This document shows, piece after piece, positions 28,201 to 29,311 of a DNA stretch of 64,000 nt. The stretch's first letter is position 1. Each line of letters begins with the position of its first letter. The position numbers and the translations under genes were made by a program. The stretch is from Candidatus Omnitrophota bacterium (GTDB lineage: Bacteria; Omnitrophota; Gorgyraeia; Duberdicusellales; 4484-171). The notes below the pieces were generated by a model. That model searched no databases. It worked only from the letters and a program-made list of their open reading frames with translations, and had not been told where the DNA came from. Where the stretch lies: contig JAIPGM010000001.1 in NCBI GenBank assembly GCA_021735655.1, positions 161,728-225,727 of the forward strand, written 5' to 3'.

Positions 28201-29311
28201 TTTTATTTCTCATAACCATGATTTTTGGTGGGAACGATCCCGCTATTCAAAACATATTCGCACTGATTGTGCTAGTTACTTAGATAACCTTCATAATCGA
28301 ATCCGTCGCCAAACAGTCGTTGTTATAAATCAAGGCCAGTTGAGAAATATTTCAGATCATCTCGATGCTGGTTTGCACAAAGTATTTATTGTTCCGAACG
28401 TAAGAGATTTTTCCCGAAAGCCAAAAGTAGATCATTCGTGCGTAGCTAGGCTTAAGACTTATCTAAGACAGAGGCACGGGATTACTGAAGATTGCCATGT
28501 ATTTTTAGCACCGGTAAGGCCCGTTTATCGAAAGAATTTAGAACATGCTATTGATGGTTTGGCTAAAGTTCAGGAAGAAATGGGGGAACCTTTGCTATTT
28601 GTTGTAAGCCATAGCGCCCAAGATTCTCAACCAGGTTACGTTGACCAACTAAGAGCTCGGGCTGAAAGCCAGGGTCTTAAATTTGTTTATCTGGGTGAAG
28701 AAGTGCTTTCCGGTCAGTTTAGCTTAGAGACGATATATGCTTTTTGTGATATGGTCATTGTTACTTCTACCTGGGAGGGTTGGGGTAATGCCACGCTTGA
28801 AGCATTTTATTACCAGAGACCAGTTATTGTCTGGCCGTACCAGGCTTACCAAACCGAGATAAAGCCTGTAGGGCTAAGTTGCTTAGAGGCGCCTGAATTT
28901 TCTTCTGAGGTCATTACTTCGATAATTACGGTTTTACGATTTACTTGGTTGAGAAAAAGAATTGCTAGAGGGAATTATTGGTTAGCTAAATTACATTTTT
29001 CTTACCGAAGGCTTACAAGAGTATTTTTTAAAGTATTTAATAATTTAGAATCTGCCGAAACCAAAACACAACAATTTCCGCTTGATAATGGTAAAAAGGG
29101 TGAGGGTTCTAAACCAAAACAAAAATTATCTCCTTTCGAGAGATTTAAACAAGACATAGACGAGCTTCTTAGCAATCCCCAAATCAGGCAAGTAAGCGTA
29201 GACAGTATTCTTCAATTTTACGGCCCACGGCTGAAACGCGATGTTGTTGAGGCCCATCTTAAAAGTAAGGGTTTCCAACGCCGGGATAGAGACACCTATT
29301 TAATTCCCTGA
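2..29311 (+). CDS. Giant multi-enzyme polyprotein-like ORF (5' end open at window edge; at least 9,769 codons)
   Basis: Frame 2 has no stop codon from nt 2 to TGA at 29309-29311. The ORF track starts at the first ATG (nt 56), but codons 2-55 (RLDPVRDKLLYDYLLKRL) are also open and read as part of the same GT4-like domain. All overlapping other-frame and antisense ORFs are under 130 aa. It contains at least 15 recognisable, mutually unrelated folds separated by a recurring PLDNG peptide. Confidence 0.9.
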   Translation, partial: RLDPVRDKLLYDYLLKRLMREGMIGAAVDFEQMMQANSLSVNLAQVATRRLLADIAIYHTEEFALGLHLQTKGVPTFIMPPAINPFSYKNIPLADNFIRATMVKYGLDPNKFTVVEISRFDPFKGPLEAIQAFVRLFLDNPGLQNDLQFVYAGNMADDNPKGKRDFEKIDAYSRYLRKKFPKLRKALFLLGLGNKPGTVALNWAQRRSLRVGGQFARPFSRKEIGRLNGVEINALEVNALQQQLEMEKRDGRLVISLPRKIAIQPSSKEGFGLVAAEATGKGTLVIASLIGGLKAQLKDLLAQASWLGINYTPEEISQSLEVYDSMDSDQHRGVVFDVAYLERINLYQRLNQREFVLGLATSLRVAYELAHKNPDVYRELGLAARCQTLDKFITLANVENRLAAASLIVDNQQPLDNGKPEVPMPSSYWIDHSLLHEIDNVWANLDWINPGPSLSIARQIEKNFKPAQEPGFLRVSIDAFGPLNGFKNQVLAEHEQYFDSEVYKDYRAGIIHAIDNLWQHGGKYGALFLMAQLRGRTVRFTYCLLDRGDGFINDDYNHVRLEEAVQAHRTFKRAGKNGMGLYYMAIKPDYFSITAVNCYRAVATTQAHYWETGYTKEWPFCPQQTPVNKGVRVISVKDVALGLLPFSNMQPLDNGRRTDEERLDFIGFLVESYLEALFTFRRLRANNSEVAEMYLPAISETAVRKKRAKWVVTAVEVAREAFQVMARADFRHSSGLTIRSIFDSILASGGRNQAANDLGVDRASLTRWMHSLPNDLLGGLDPELAVFKQRILDLFDENNTRPLDNGKENIDLLAVTAVKREDTSPWLAGPLSAVAPIYIGKQQGPLDNGRAPLDNGQPANFWKVLHSGIYVLPIYYTRLFDTAKDAGIGKYTYVVPFVRDHVLSLGHQAILFLPFSLQLPWSQSPYDAADWRYFNTDYIDWGLIPEAQPFLGKFDYYGHSQRSVDFRSIRPRELLIGKAAFLNLRDNREKQYRQRWEDFQRFVNNQRSRGPEWDLTHLGHYRAFNDVLGNDFGLWVHEGMYCPRQDTHPDVIKYNVAEQNKNMQYSDLIQFYQYQQWIAFGQARDMLEGLRNIGVFYLLDNPFFHAKGGINFWTQNIISRDRHYEFFDRSPGVPGIGSDPEQFWTSLVPWNWPRLRELDYEPFLNPYHYYLGDLGAQGVRADAIHFLFPWIHWERGPYAANFQSWESPGHDLLWRLDNVFNSYGAFRLGELLGPGFESIQRMGFDNYHWHFYRMWKWGGGPDLNPGWNAKALELHDGPRVCVDHEHGFYPYAGHAYLRHRLEGPGGLKELNSRFLLGSSDIAMVYAGDEVADNWWINNPNLPEWMMDRNWATRMPMQGDQDFDLSVALSMLEHRRWIGQRLIERTPLDNGKQEFNHLSLVESNGEQKLYSASSLVISQRGVYLSPTSTGPKEVISQIQLSPSGIKVSGELTSQEPKSRPIDYRHSYEINFYFEKLAKAYGRGLFVGINDVQLWIRLSQALGDFLWGVLRLETGIFDIPDRKLRRLVIQEALYHEVMTSALGLSVANRGLREFFATILSVSHFCYLSEIAKDQDKLNYRLGILQALDRGLIQMSDSLAGLYRQIAESGSLPDPATLVKAVITHINEEERYHSDRRSFRDYVRTKSENFSGRFTVGNLTQAVLNDSALQLELQAEWTNFLGFLANSQTVARAWQPKIKFIRGPRGIKVINPQGVPDQGGYQFQLQSFRAIFDCLGLPNPLSEPAALNRYLGFLPEPPEYDSQAVNLPELNISQILPGVAVVYPDSLEANQLAVRRALYELMNFRVWKLAVEIRGALGTEDALFFDQHCQVHSFVDVAQGWMLDLNPQSPIVYDDVLPGGQAYEAPEQPDLAEHERLHQKAQAVFSKVWAITMNRFLRDQRMFGGEAVGLVGFTTTVPILYRYIQQCKHSEPEYSLQRPLNNGLGILQYLQSLRRSQETEAARRVSLDQGFGQLKSLLVEKLQSIDSTTLSIANLDQALNEDSQAIFLTLEQLREARFQAESFRNGQVSMCDLASLALAAASEEVFGQRHLVKIVVGYYRVDEQLYKKHYWVVIDETLLIDITYGQFDPDHLNRILVATVDDYLRLKLEYGTELEPLDNGKQTQVQPTCLEARWWNNYYPGVIEGTGIRPTARSLSFEQIEEVVCLLLLDQAGQELVAKIINRELPDVYPSVRRTALKAMVRFDHYELFGPKIITCLQDVVRDGAEMYQPFALYALAQTPAFNGPVANRFAEEALKGTLKPSPRKPTAAEKTALQEGLEPNTQAIRFKSRLASVEYLKGVLAQRQGWARVCLGTVPHFSRVSNRALINKFAAQVLAADKKLSSSSAQRRQKDKSEFWGLEQAEFIHPATGHEALVELANDPELSSSDESPLVDQILHQMEELGYVPILRPSKFQLTEPAQGQEAEIDREALWTKDAVLMISTKFGIVPVSSALANLKGGEFVSGYGKRGSFMIIPAAALNSKQQLSDIIPEVPIHVFPSGFLVINDQGVIRLRGTSHIDTSLGAIPIMARPESGQLMLIDPLLHQVARTHPRYRDHYQSVVQEDGVRFIDVPEPERHLNPANFGILPGGEIFMPYAPRTKQVLIEAGVNEQYIIMLPSEFNKYLPTLHVLAGSIGCLVAQAFHPVEKREPLDNGHEKEKRQTRSRAIDISTKGAEDLLFTELQTGSLVSLVVDGLEYWLSLDQGDEVWFDLYRPKDDIIGYIYFRNDAMPARKIANFGGPSIVPAYRGRHLSRVLYFVYFRYLWRNNYIPEEDCLTIDDRLALKLYHEAKKFYYDQDHTFTPFQIIPRAEKTKAAKPLDNGHDMVQKQLFELIKRKSDSIKTFLEPFEACLAYNGVLALLIRGRPDLSVKFLLKKIGSAEHWFLLAETVLGNHQFVVDISPQGKMFTDIEVLVVDCAEAGKINYLYEDYTVVSDQETENLLRALARQKGMNEFLHLVHQLPEEKWIGRLPDSDQSMPLDNGKLINEGSESSFSDITNSMRVTFVMPMYNEQQRLLPKTSDNPYGEDALRVKVSQFRELEQENPNFQWRLIAVDDGTPGFASAKCLEQILAEIDAQNREFNIYSKVFVVVITEQEKKLLGSRKGGAVLRGFQEALSHGWADYIGITDTDISSNVNQTKDLILALRKGAGVAIGSRRQSGAEARGIPLLGRVSTVIYNWCIRLILWPLFSIRDTQRGFKLFQKEVIVRILPYARDHHLSFDTELLLLSRLAGYQIAEVPIVWIDSAEATTLVMSKDAPAMLWRVIKQARHIFNNPFRGQKPLDNGRKINLSVRMLRKARLITVHVDAGDCPAALASAIDKLVSGLGQIQVSRSNIVLNTAHQNSPMDIVSSVGSLSTEQITTLFPEAVFLIAGGNVFKCLRNLVESLAVGSVNKRTVRIFVLYDYTYGQGSNYSPEQLAGEYYDYFSDMLSVYSDRFNLAVFYLAQNQFEQEIYGKNLSGPNLSLAIIEKEALASQVPLDNGRSLGELTAEGYNLKFLARSSDLRMTAHCRRDVSFNSYLYDYRLDPEHTYRQAQLVPLVARSVKENAFRKSSDWQYLPQHLKDLYDSGKVLMIASRAQAKAKPSRYSALVISGRTEAFSGRMGILLYDNRPIIVSILDKPFFIEAKGIGVAQGGFSSVHRRSGHRYEVTGAQRWQASLKEFTSLELERKISRFFGTADTPRALAAIVYKYPQMDQLISDSLTSQAERREAKEQLGDSLGIMLRLSPSSRRFAYNLEQRHIRMLGEASARLLCSYLPRVHTSPHFENLLEWAEGSEFSWSDYGDIEVLFAQSSYHWSRSLINARRILMSYLETSISWNVNLLKKLGIIETEAEFISEYLAGFVAYAETLDWITPEAIERLARVRSPKEFVDVMIFEVFALNAYNVFKKQTYETIVEVNQNNLVEELLSSALTIAQRQEKAQLVAELSGHIEAAKQGEAFLGCRIKKSQANQGVLTPVAQPVKNSSWANPFFDQFAYDLWHALLFDDHNLYDYVQAKWDYTVGEEGAFNVAGFYLLDAHYLGLLRSRTSMHNIPEKLYMCSAGYEMTANINKLLTAINRVSLCPQENTLVRSTVRNTLQHAISQRLSKWRLARALILVVESNGEVLAGDDSTYVYIMDSGPGMPIDAVMQGDWRRHSTMFGTDLKGFREYRDVEWILDSWSSKAGGPQRWDGLRGGLVEGALVPDNMPLFGTLFGMRLKHGLESSSKPLDNGRDSRSKGQNLGSLGTANKAPPVKTYNVESPFNRFSLRLLDLILTLSFLPLIILASLPIAIFVKYQIFKHKTGQSVIFKEQRFGYKGKPFIMYKFRTYIGDKDNPKAVLLSLRCLGLDELPQWWNILKGDLSIWGVRPKLQDDPSSDSDFQAHLDQINDLRKPGIISLATADVHAEMEHVSFSAEHRDRQIAFDLYEAEYWSFFLAFKIVVLNIFAQFKEAARIVFRNKILVIVAVHIPQAEQPKAGPILNILEYLSQRFPSKYYSVFVGFPDSGNPNLNLDLAIPQGLTIGLGEGDEYNIVNSQGLKLKFSWQFEGPDDLSQRTLKIGRHKLLMPLCAESSLPVFSGAKKKIPHKAIFIPFIAFRPCIVTCMNDLIFLNLPIIGLDTANGIFLFVPGSTQIDIVGTNKLLAVAINHSGRVMGSSFKDLDQVVPLDNGRQTISHFRSGEGQSRTGPTSRNFPLDNGGRNNEAIENNRFSFANRLGKVLVATVIGGISLGLLYLFGGLDWYTNIKNSIPLGAVIFWPGAFLDMVTGVLIWLISDIVGQYLNQGRSIRYRQSFKVGAWGVFQGLATHILYNLVELLPVVPLPLAQAMFRTIFTLFGGLTINIFYTVVVARARKASKAEGYSGLKERHKAYDVIFSKFIVAPIKTYFIVNLLPPATRVISEQAWEYLMKVFDAYLMNRKDSLFSSYILNLLSRKKPLDNGRSGQSDDQITLVSDNLVDSFRNVRQRLVVTVRRAQMSRLDFKPGIVSLQNMSPKVDYFCLSSISERQEDIQAYRQVPLVQDGASFGESYSEKYLIAQEPDTLVLVEGDEGLIASFDYSLCGCLVIRARNLFGMAHLSPFIDFSDEEMEIENDRIYYKYLSVLDYFKLQGYKDVQIFLSLNELLQGFKTLKARLWSAGDSDATNRQRVVDLLGIEARQRGIAVVDRRLRQKSEVLDVLGFPRKMISRQWLNRGTKPESFEIIFIETRDELPVAINSETQQPEIEYFQFAWPVVIPLDNGRRKLPNDDWIWVNGESLQFVGRDGLLITGMEGRGKSFLARKIYDSDDRWKVVSCGATHVCIRNELAERALLGRRLSENNLLYSRLSGTIPVELSLDVVVRLNWVMALDDLYREILGGLLADAGQRESLGLKIIDMSDLDVTRQWPKVLKFINASIVKPETYDKGNSLFQVPLDNGRRAQVEQEREFLIQTIINVFSQGEGLCLEPAQIEAAIAVDTSFDEYRIARNLPIVIGLKGNIYENCPLASKPLLLVFTGRGSITKPELIFNAYTQQGLVREASRLSRSMETKNAIWEIPYHGKKTAFILEDKNNWIALAAVYGPEDIYQQGLLICKGGDRITRLGTEISQAAGEADEEAIFSDYSRALVVARLLGFSILDGPDMMRRVNRRMSAMIAAAKETVADINEFAKAYPGYEAVDTHHILKPTTSNPVEEGGFPHTEWMVTSRGVVQGTVTALRWLRQVLDVGENRYPEEVVRFVKNLNIFGSPMSYIVQGFGDVGSGITKLFLTIFKIFGFQARGFNNRYFAIYRREGLPKPFLVEAREIVEVSPDALDLGRLLAMKSFDDQLQGAVVWIANPINPKTKEPVFGPADVDRVNQALAERGVTAIWGDQTVVNELIYQKATVLFLAATANVISELSQVERLQVKIISEGANNAVKPELREPLRKANVFYIPGELLNGGGIYASKEDIRHNHTDGSELIRQHRQYYYIHVTDEIDTLALHRMISFLEIWAESAGNFSFDLTVHVEKVAGRIFEAADNLVRTNNTRLRKFTQIDQKRTFDHQAGRPTLPWRHSLYEIAIEMAPMGILYHLRDVGRHLSLLNRFKVAIKEDGQIDNYHICRLRFALFELTKLGYYLKSNQRRRLIGLLPGIITDEKCDGLLRKDAMFCLAMAIRWQEEESCKSEVDRARKLYLGILQNPLESAQLHTWAQHCLYRIFGENYFRRISADFDRLNGVNLPKPLDNGRDSSVGITSEPLRILAELISNSYRTKALVEFLQPFLDCESVNYLQEEIAKHCQLPAWGVVSSSHYLDEGYFYYGLKSGIDRCLERGVMVENDGNRLYVTKDSEDTVKYSGLDETQENQWGIFIFPSEYFNQAINCGYAEAGLRLSHNRLGITTYPYFKSSLSLAPARFLIIDRSKADEHRHLEGQPKLKDKLQALTEAGLKVLWLPDSSGPFFDPDFQYAFGELLFSNDIPETNRFLFYPSADTQDLTKIIWWVLQSLRMSSIKNRLLHNMELARQFKKIGPFDNGRADFTTADEQIGNLFAEAVITGDNVLIETHWDAVAAKRGGSLNILEHAGLRITRSLALGIVPRAGEWPDRVETDQIILSSSRYGWIDSERDIEHLLSGFDQARLLNSFNLGHYYQGCHYRSFLSWLAVLKSSHFPAVIFHFIGELINSWGIKPAAKSDFPVLASRRDIFSFVSVPYVSDIEKLDLPVAVFFDGKLSSLRRGDSRKQPTLILAYWQALNGFIGFKEQIARETAEFQNTPLDNGRKEHDISDSTVIQWPLNVIVKDMRGLSKGEILAVVKTGKIFWGREIVGAIFSDRNIVFGKVVDDKFIVFDDWLIERIPGGLLEGLRRSILFLPYLGSILRNKTSSINKPLDNGKKYNYRQVLEMVDCFDSARLEAHLFRALGRVETEAVSIAGDIIRAARKFERITKAVKSLYRKTYGKLPNFTLAFDPSGQGMYGAYQEDDTAGFFDHIGVAPEDVLLEVGSGDGSISDFMAHMFGIKATGIEVWEPYYHYAVFLRDEAVRRRFIPEGKVDFLNNNLVDVDFSKYSLVYYAALGTRRKSELAARLLGVREKSRILIRGSPDELVEGIIASHPDFSLRKLEIEVNENLTGIKARVYTRETITSYQPVLDVPLDNGRKNNPQMVRARLAAFEKSIEGIVPRADPLYDHLIRFYQYPLNNLGEPDEETYVRNNTKEQERELLRFWAGHFGLPKNYGGHVTIGIGQAEYYAMYVASNRFPKAIFYISNQVDSLLYDTLQVLGIDQGRIKLIRSLENGEIDYGDLKRKIRENSSWPAVVCLTAGRFLGAVDDLGKVEGILGSLGLKHKHIHCSMSPLSIGQSFLEDAAKIDFQHGLDSMSLPLYHFVRCPMPGVIVLTRRKYLQNIACSQKAAEYVNSNDTTNSGSRSGHAPLYLWFATKVIGTKGFKAQAERAREVCVSIKALFDRYGYPCRFTAQKNTIIFEPPFYELRQKWGLLSHGQWSCFEIVPYLTPVEIAEFVSDLLGDHSQAVAAPVETVFPERIVYEPSPEVLDVLDQLEARIQILMERFLGFPANIAGNETSFAALSSLFKYTLRKKDVEGFRHEALKFFTDLYGLRYEDFYCGITAGGTWGNRVGLLVGRENFPGGILYYSQDSHYSIDKVARSLNMEVRKVASLSNGQIDYDELAEAIEENRGRPVIVNLNIGTTMKGAIDNPQRVIEILREQDVTDYYIHCDAALFGMILPFLEAAPKIDLANGVHSIAISGHKFLGLPMPSGIFMVRKNCARDRLITISDRLLTAQTGHVILYFWQAVASRGYEGCREEAMACVDNAQYLYYRLQERGLPSEVNPFSNITMFSRPSGSLIDTWQLAPCGDRVHVVAMQHVTRDKIDAFVQELTRDMQQGQIELASSMQPLDNGRRRKASLVPEVGLDELVEKHLGNLKLISSEYGKSVGMLSTILRRPDNESLQQRAEELRKIGPGRLALAADLGEFGVDSLKIGQKYGVGRRTAASWLVNNGFGDRVNSARYSRSRTLRRQKIAQEYEPIARLLDGEGNLLQTFYTHISWKEVSAYPFAVLDELEIQATEVLSYGGKQWGQFKGHAGHRARITLEWGYPIEVAMSSKRGVDQGSYRAMQLRTYQSTLFDREGELLDTAFFVFGYDEDLCRGTTKVVNYQLTKAGRISIFGDEQIQLIKHKQAWANLVAVDGKVVRATILDREGGNEVITYNFSRVYDENNRVIYTFTGGLEFKQSSVPPALLKSLARGRIEGIYLKGGRGNLTIGGRTWVVLSDYKNYPCRAYIEEGLVVRVEVLGEEGEAVFTKHSHRLYDREDNFVEVFYDSISPERLNQVGLCRSSPLIVTPSGELCLSGNRYTFENEGGSKAIVWIEPGVKFTRNRKPDGKAVRIDFYDQYMHYKHTRYAVRIYEDEGVLIDTFFGPGYAEKLKIFGDVIGFAQLDTLGSLNIGYTTHTFTKYGDPRHFVRFSLHQAQVLDVDVLGHDYCHIDRVGFDAWPDMAIDHFEMARIVDEQDQLLHTFWYGVYSERIPNRGRARILGATFTAGGHLRLGNEDVYHDANFPEARVNVTYIDGEVSEILIYQDAQGNSVNYHYTKKQIDNYKRRVQYYNLRGHVFEHALRVALPFLSDCPFDYQKRIGGEVDGWVDGEAEPKPADSRSLKRPDFTSPFSWAMSEGVLCYIDAKFNLRIKFLIEYLEAIKETLRTDYFTDCDAPVETHFVGRVIFEIVYLGRVSEANVEAKLAGHQRNFSATNSEMLTLKPVSFLDEYGDRLKTAGQDTLVRFLRHLRVFHYKPGRKKALDSYLAQLEQDKIPEIADEQTNLFSRPLDNGRERLLVSSGNSHLKSFREAKGLLAKLKCTDIFGVVMGYRAALADRDNYQRVFARDSVWMGLAEMLSGCKGSLALTLSVLKHHQCRYGQRRGAIPSNISRYHRVSYGTTSPRIDPTLLYIVSSGQYYRSRPAYFQKQFLVENLSPLQKAIAYLERQWVMDNGLLFIPIAGDWADEYFQQGLVLYDEVLWYMALSEYAYLLAEDNNSNSEVYQAKAAWVKNIVRSKFWINKNPGQGNLGHFRHFFNQLQSPNQAATFGCPYDSFDAFGNILAILSGVATEEQTAQIIKYIDVISENNQPLLVPAHYPAEEVEHFVHTGAPYRYQFKNNPGCYHNAGLWSWYTGLYVAALVKAGRLDRAAKFLEGVQLANEAKDSNGRGYHEYHTNIPGQLSRPGGVSNLGVSAAGYIIAHQAFFKNKIVFGQNHPLDNGRQMPDYFSPVGDVNVTLNSSSEKAPLDNGRNYSSSPIFQETTFTYWLRVSLYLLRFLLSAPYYFIITLVVSRMMKGKNILFVSYRINEFALDGVSLEIKEWRNLLYRLGAHIFLFSGHSKIVQDGSITGQAPDCIESDFLAEQATKIREKIEREGKLDAEDFELIHRAKEIIKRNLRKCILENNIHYIVSENVFCLPGNLALAEALIELAEEFPRLGFISHNHDFWWERSRYSKHIRTDCASYLDNLHNRIRRQTVVVINQGQLRNISDHLDAGLHKVFIVPNVRDFSRKPKVDHSCVARLKTYLRQRHGITEDCHVFLAPVRPVYRKNLEHAIDGLAKVQEEMGEPLLFVVSHSAQDSQPGYVDQLRARAESQGLKFVYLGEEVLSGQFSLETIYAFCDMVIVTSTWEGWGNATLEAFYYQRPVIVWPYQAYQTEIKPVGLSCLEAPEFSSEVITSIITVLRFTWLRKRIARGNYWLAKLHFSYRRLTRVFFKVFNNLESAETKTQQFPLDNGKKGEGSKPKQKLSPFERFKQDIDELLSNPQIRQVSVDSILQFYGPRLKRDVVEAHLKSKGFQRRDRDTYLIP
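1256..1951 (+). other. Polyprotein unit S1 (232 aa): GHKL/Bergerat ATPase-like (anti-sigma-factor kinase-like)
   Basis: IIHAIDNLWQHGGKYG resembles an N-box and LLDRGDGF resembles a DxGxG G1 box. Confidence 0.35.
1967..2404 (+). other. Polyprotein unit S2 (146 aa): small helix-turn-helix protein
   Basis: GGRNQAANDLGVDRASLTRWMHSL resembles the Fis/NtrC-type C-terminal HTH. Confidence 0.4.
2420..2533 (+). other. Polyprotein unit S3: 38-aa inter-junction peptide, followed by a tandem junction (PLDNG-RA-PLDNG, 2534-2569)
   Basis: KENIDLLAVTAVKREDTSPWLAGPLSAVAPIYIGKQQG lies between sites 2405-2419 and 2534-2548. Confidence 0.6.
2570..4156 (+). other. Polyprotein unit S4 (529 aa): GH77 4-alpha-glucanotransferase (amylomaltase)-like
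   Basis: Four stretches follow the remembered MalQ order. GIGKYTYVVPFVRDHVLSLGHQAILFLPF...SQSPYDAADWRYFNTDYI matches GIGdfg...LP...SPY..S.f..Np. YQQWIAFGQARDMLEGLRNIGVFYLLDNPF matches fQW.f..Qw...GI.ligDlp. GVRADAIHFLF matches lRiDH. LGELLGPG and LHDGP follow. Confidence 0.55.
4172..5806 (+). other. Polyprotein unit S5 (545 aa): unknown function
   Basis: Bounded by site 4157-4171 and the degenerate PLNNG site 5807-5821. I recognise no family motif. Confidence 0.3.
5822..6337 (+). other. Polyprotein unit S6 (172 aa): transglutaminase/papain-like Cys-His-Asp module (candidate cysteine peptidase)
   Basis: GQVSMCDLASLALAAA (Cys codon 6083-6085), VVGYY, HYWVVIDE (His 6197-6199) and LLIDIT (Asp 6233-6235). 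This matches the remembered transglutaminase-like core G.C..fA ... GY ... HaW.ev ... W...D.t. Confidence 0.4.
6353..7939 (+). other. Polyprotein unit S7 (529 aa): HEAT-like N-terminal region plus guanidino-modifying-enzyme fold (amidinotransferase/arginine deiminase/DDAH-like)
   Basis: The N-terminal part (PSVRRTALKAMVRF...) is helical-repeat-like. The C-terminal part has GTSHIDT, NPANFGILPGGEIFMP and a terminal HVLAGSIGCLVAQ that resembles the catalytic Cys motif of this superfamily. Confidence 0.4.
7955..8440 (+). other. Polyprotein unit S8 (162 aa): GNAT acetyltransferase-like
   Basis: IGYIYFRND...IVPAYRGRHLSRVLYFVYF resembles GNAT motif A (V.P.yRG.G....L); the size is typical. Confidence 0.35.
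8456..8920 (+). other. Polyprotein unit S9 (155 aa): second Cys-His-Asp papain/transglutaminase-like module
   Basis: FEACLAYNGVLALL (Cys 8540-8542), AEHWFLLAE (His 8633-8635) and FVVDIS (Asp 8684-8686). The order and spacing match S6. Confidence 0.35.
8936..9826 (+). other. Polyprotein unit S10 (297 aa): GT2 polyprenyl-phosphate glycosyltransferase (DPM1/ALG5/GtrB-like)
   Basis: Carries VTFVMPMYNE, LIAVDDGTPG, RKGGAVLRGF, ITDTDIS, RDTQRGFKLF and SFDTELLLL, the classic GT-A GT2 motif series. An internal Met (MRVTFVMP) sits where a free-standing gene would start. Confidence 0.8.
9842..10417 (+). other. Polyprotein unit S11 (192 aa): unknown function
   Basis: Bounded by junction sites 9827-9841 and 10418-10432; no motif recognised. 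Confidence 0.3.
10433..12604 (+). other. Polyprotein unit S12 (724 aa): unknown, C-terminal GHKL-like ATPase motif
   Basis: The C-terminal VVESNGEVLAGDDSTYVYIMDSGPGMP resembles a D.G.G ATP-lid region. The rest is unrecognised. Confidence 0.25.
12620..13915 (+). other. Polyprotein unit S13 (432 aa): bacterial sugar transferase (phosphoglycosyl transferase, WbaP/PglC-type) plus unknown C-terminal domain
   Basis: A hydrophobic re-entrant helix (LLDLILTLSFLPLIILASLPIAIFV) is followed by FKEQRFGYKGKPFIMYKFRT and LRCLGLDELPQWWNILKGDLSIWGVRP. This is the hallmark KFRTM...DELPQ..NVL.G.MS.VGPRP series. Confidence 0.8.
13931..13999 (+). other. Polyprotein unit S14: 23-aa inter-junction peptide
   Basis: RQTISHFRSGEGQSRTGPTSRNF lies between sites 13916-13930 and 14000-14014. 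Confidence 0.6.
14015..14722 (+). other. Polyprotein unit S15 (236 aa): polytopic integral membrane protein (possibly Mpv17/PMP22-like)
   Basis: At least four long hydrophobic stretches: VLVATVIGGISLGLLYLFGGL, GAVIFWPGAFLDMVTGVLIWLI, AWGVFQGLATHILYNLVELL and IFTLFGGLTINIFYTVVVA. Confidence 0.6.
14738..15616 (+). other. Polyprotein unit S16 (293 aa): unknown, with a CheD-like Cys/His motif
   Basis: DYSLCGCLVIRARNLFGMAHLSPF (about 15080-15150) resembles the CheD deamidase motif LGSCV.v...D....gG.aH.mLP. Confidence 0.25.
15632..16141 (+). other. Polyprotein unit S17 (170 aa): P-loop NTPase, HPr kinase C-terminal-like
   Basis: LQFVGRDGLLITGMEGRGKSFLARKI contains a Walker A (GxxGxGKS) in an HprK-like context. 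Confidence 0.4.
16157..18496 (+). other. Polyprotein unit S18 (780 aa): Glu/Leu/Phe/Val dehydrogenase-like core flanked by unknown and helical-repeat regions
   Basis: LLICKGGDRI is a K-G-G catalytic-Lys-like motif and TSRGVVQGT follows it. YIVQGFGDVGSGITKLF matches QGFGNVG, ISEGANNAVKPE matches ANgP.t, and GGGIYASKEDIRHN is also present. Confidence 0.5.
18512..20419 (+). other. Polyprotein units S19 (281 aa, 18512-19354), S20 (237 aa, 19370-20080), S21 (108 aa, 20096-20419): unknown functions
   Basis: Delimited by junction sites 18497-18511, 19355-19369 (PFDNG), 20081-20095 and 20420-20434. No family motif recognised. Confidence 0.3.
20435..21205 (+). other. Polyprotein unit S22 (257 aa): class I SAM-dependent methyltransferase
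   Basis: Motif I VLLEVGSGDGSISDF, then ATGIE, and an acidic post-II region (FLNNNLVDVDFSKYSLVYY). Confidence 0.65.
21221..23479 (+). other. Polyprotein unit S23 (753 aa): tandem group II PLP decarboxylase (histidine decarboxylase-like); N-terminal copy lacks the PLP lysine
   Basis: Copy B (about 22330-23479) has YYSQDSHYSIDK, NIGTTMKGAIDN, HCDAALFG and HSIAISGHKFLGLPMPSGIFMVRK (Lys codon 23042-23044). Copy A (21221 to about 22320) aligns, but has DSMSLPLYHFVRCPMPGVIVLTRR at the equivalent place. Confidence 0.75.
23495..26254 (+). other. Polyprotein unit S24 (920 aa): HTH-like N-terminus, six ~95-100-aa internal repeats, C-terminal PD-(D/E)xK nuclease-like motif
   Basis: The repeats occupy about 23880-25600 and open with RLLDGEGNLLQTFY, TLFDREGELLDTAFF, RVYDENNRVIYTF, RLYDREDNFVEVFY, RIYEDEGVLIDTFF and RIVDEQDQLLHTFW. 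The C-terminal motif is LKRPDF...17 aa...YIDAKF. The N-terminal YGVGRRTAASWLVNNG is HTH-like. Confidence 0.4.
26270..27535 (+). other. Polyprotein unit S25 (422 aa): (alpha/alpha)6-barrel glycoside hydrolase, GH100 neutral invertase / glycogen-debranching GDE_C-like
   Basis: NYQRVFARDSVWMGLA, RGAIPSNIS, LYDEVLWYMAL and YHNAGLWSWYTGLYVAALVKAGRLDRAAKFLE match remembered neutral invertase/GDE_C motifs (dY.qvFiRD; YHNGG.WP...W....A.iK.gR). Confidence 0.6.
27551..27622 (+). other. Polyprotein unit S26: 24-aa inter-junction peptide
   Basis: RQMPDYFSPVGDVNVTLNSSSEKA lies between sites 27536-27550 and 27623-27637. Confidence 0.6.
27638..29077 (+). other. Polyprotein unit S27 (480 aa): membrane-anchored GT4 glycosyltransferase
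   Basis: An N-terminal hydrophobic helix (WLRVSLYLLRFLLSAPYYFIITLVV) is followed by ILFVSYRINEFALDGVSLE and the E-x7-E region TSTWEGWGNATLEAFYYQRPVIV. Confidence 0.7.
29093..29311 (+). other. Polyprotein unit S28: 72-aa C-terminal tail unit and TGA stop
   Basis: KKGEGSKPKQKLSPFERFKQDIDELL...RDTYLIP follows the last junction (29078-29092). Function unknown. Confidence 0.4.

Larger units (their letters stand above)
1241..29092 (+). repeat. Dispersed in-frame junction motif P-L-D-N-G (27 canonical sites plus PLNNG and PFDNG variants)
   Basis: Exact sites (Pro codon to Gly codon): 1241-1255, 1952-1966, 2405-2419, 2534-2548, 2555-2569, 4157-4171, 5807-5821 (PLNNG), 6338-6352, 7940-7954, 8441-8455, 8921-8935, 9827-9841, 10418-10432, 12605-12619, 13916-13930, 14000-14014, 14723-14737, 15617-15631, 16142-16156, 18497-18511, 19355-19369 (PFDNG), 20081-20095, 20420-20434, 21206-21220, 23480-23494, 26255-26269, 27536-27550, 27623-27637, 29078-29092. 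The residue after Gly is R 17 times, K 7, H 2, and Q, G, L once each. By visual scan the motif is absent from the other proteins of the window. Confidence 0.9.
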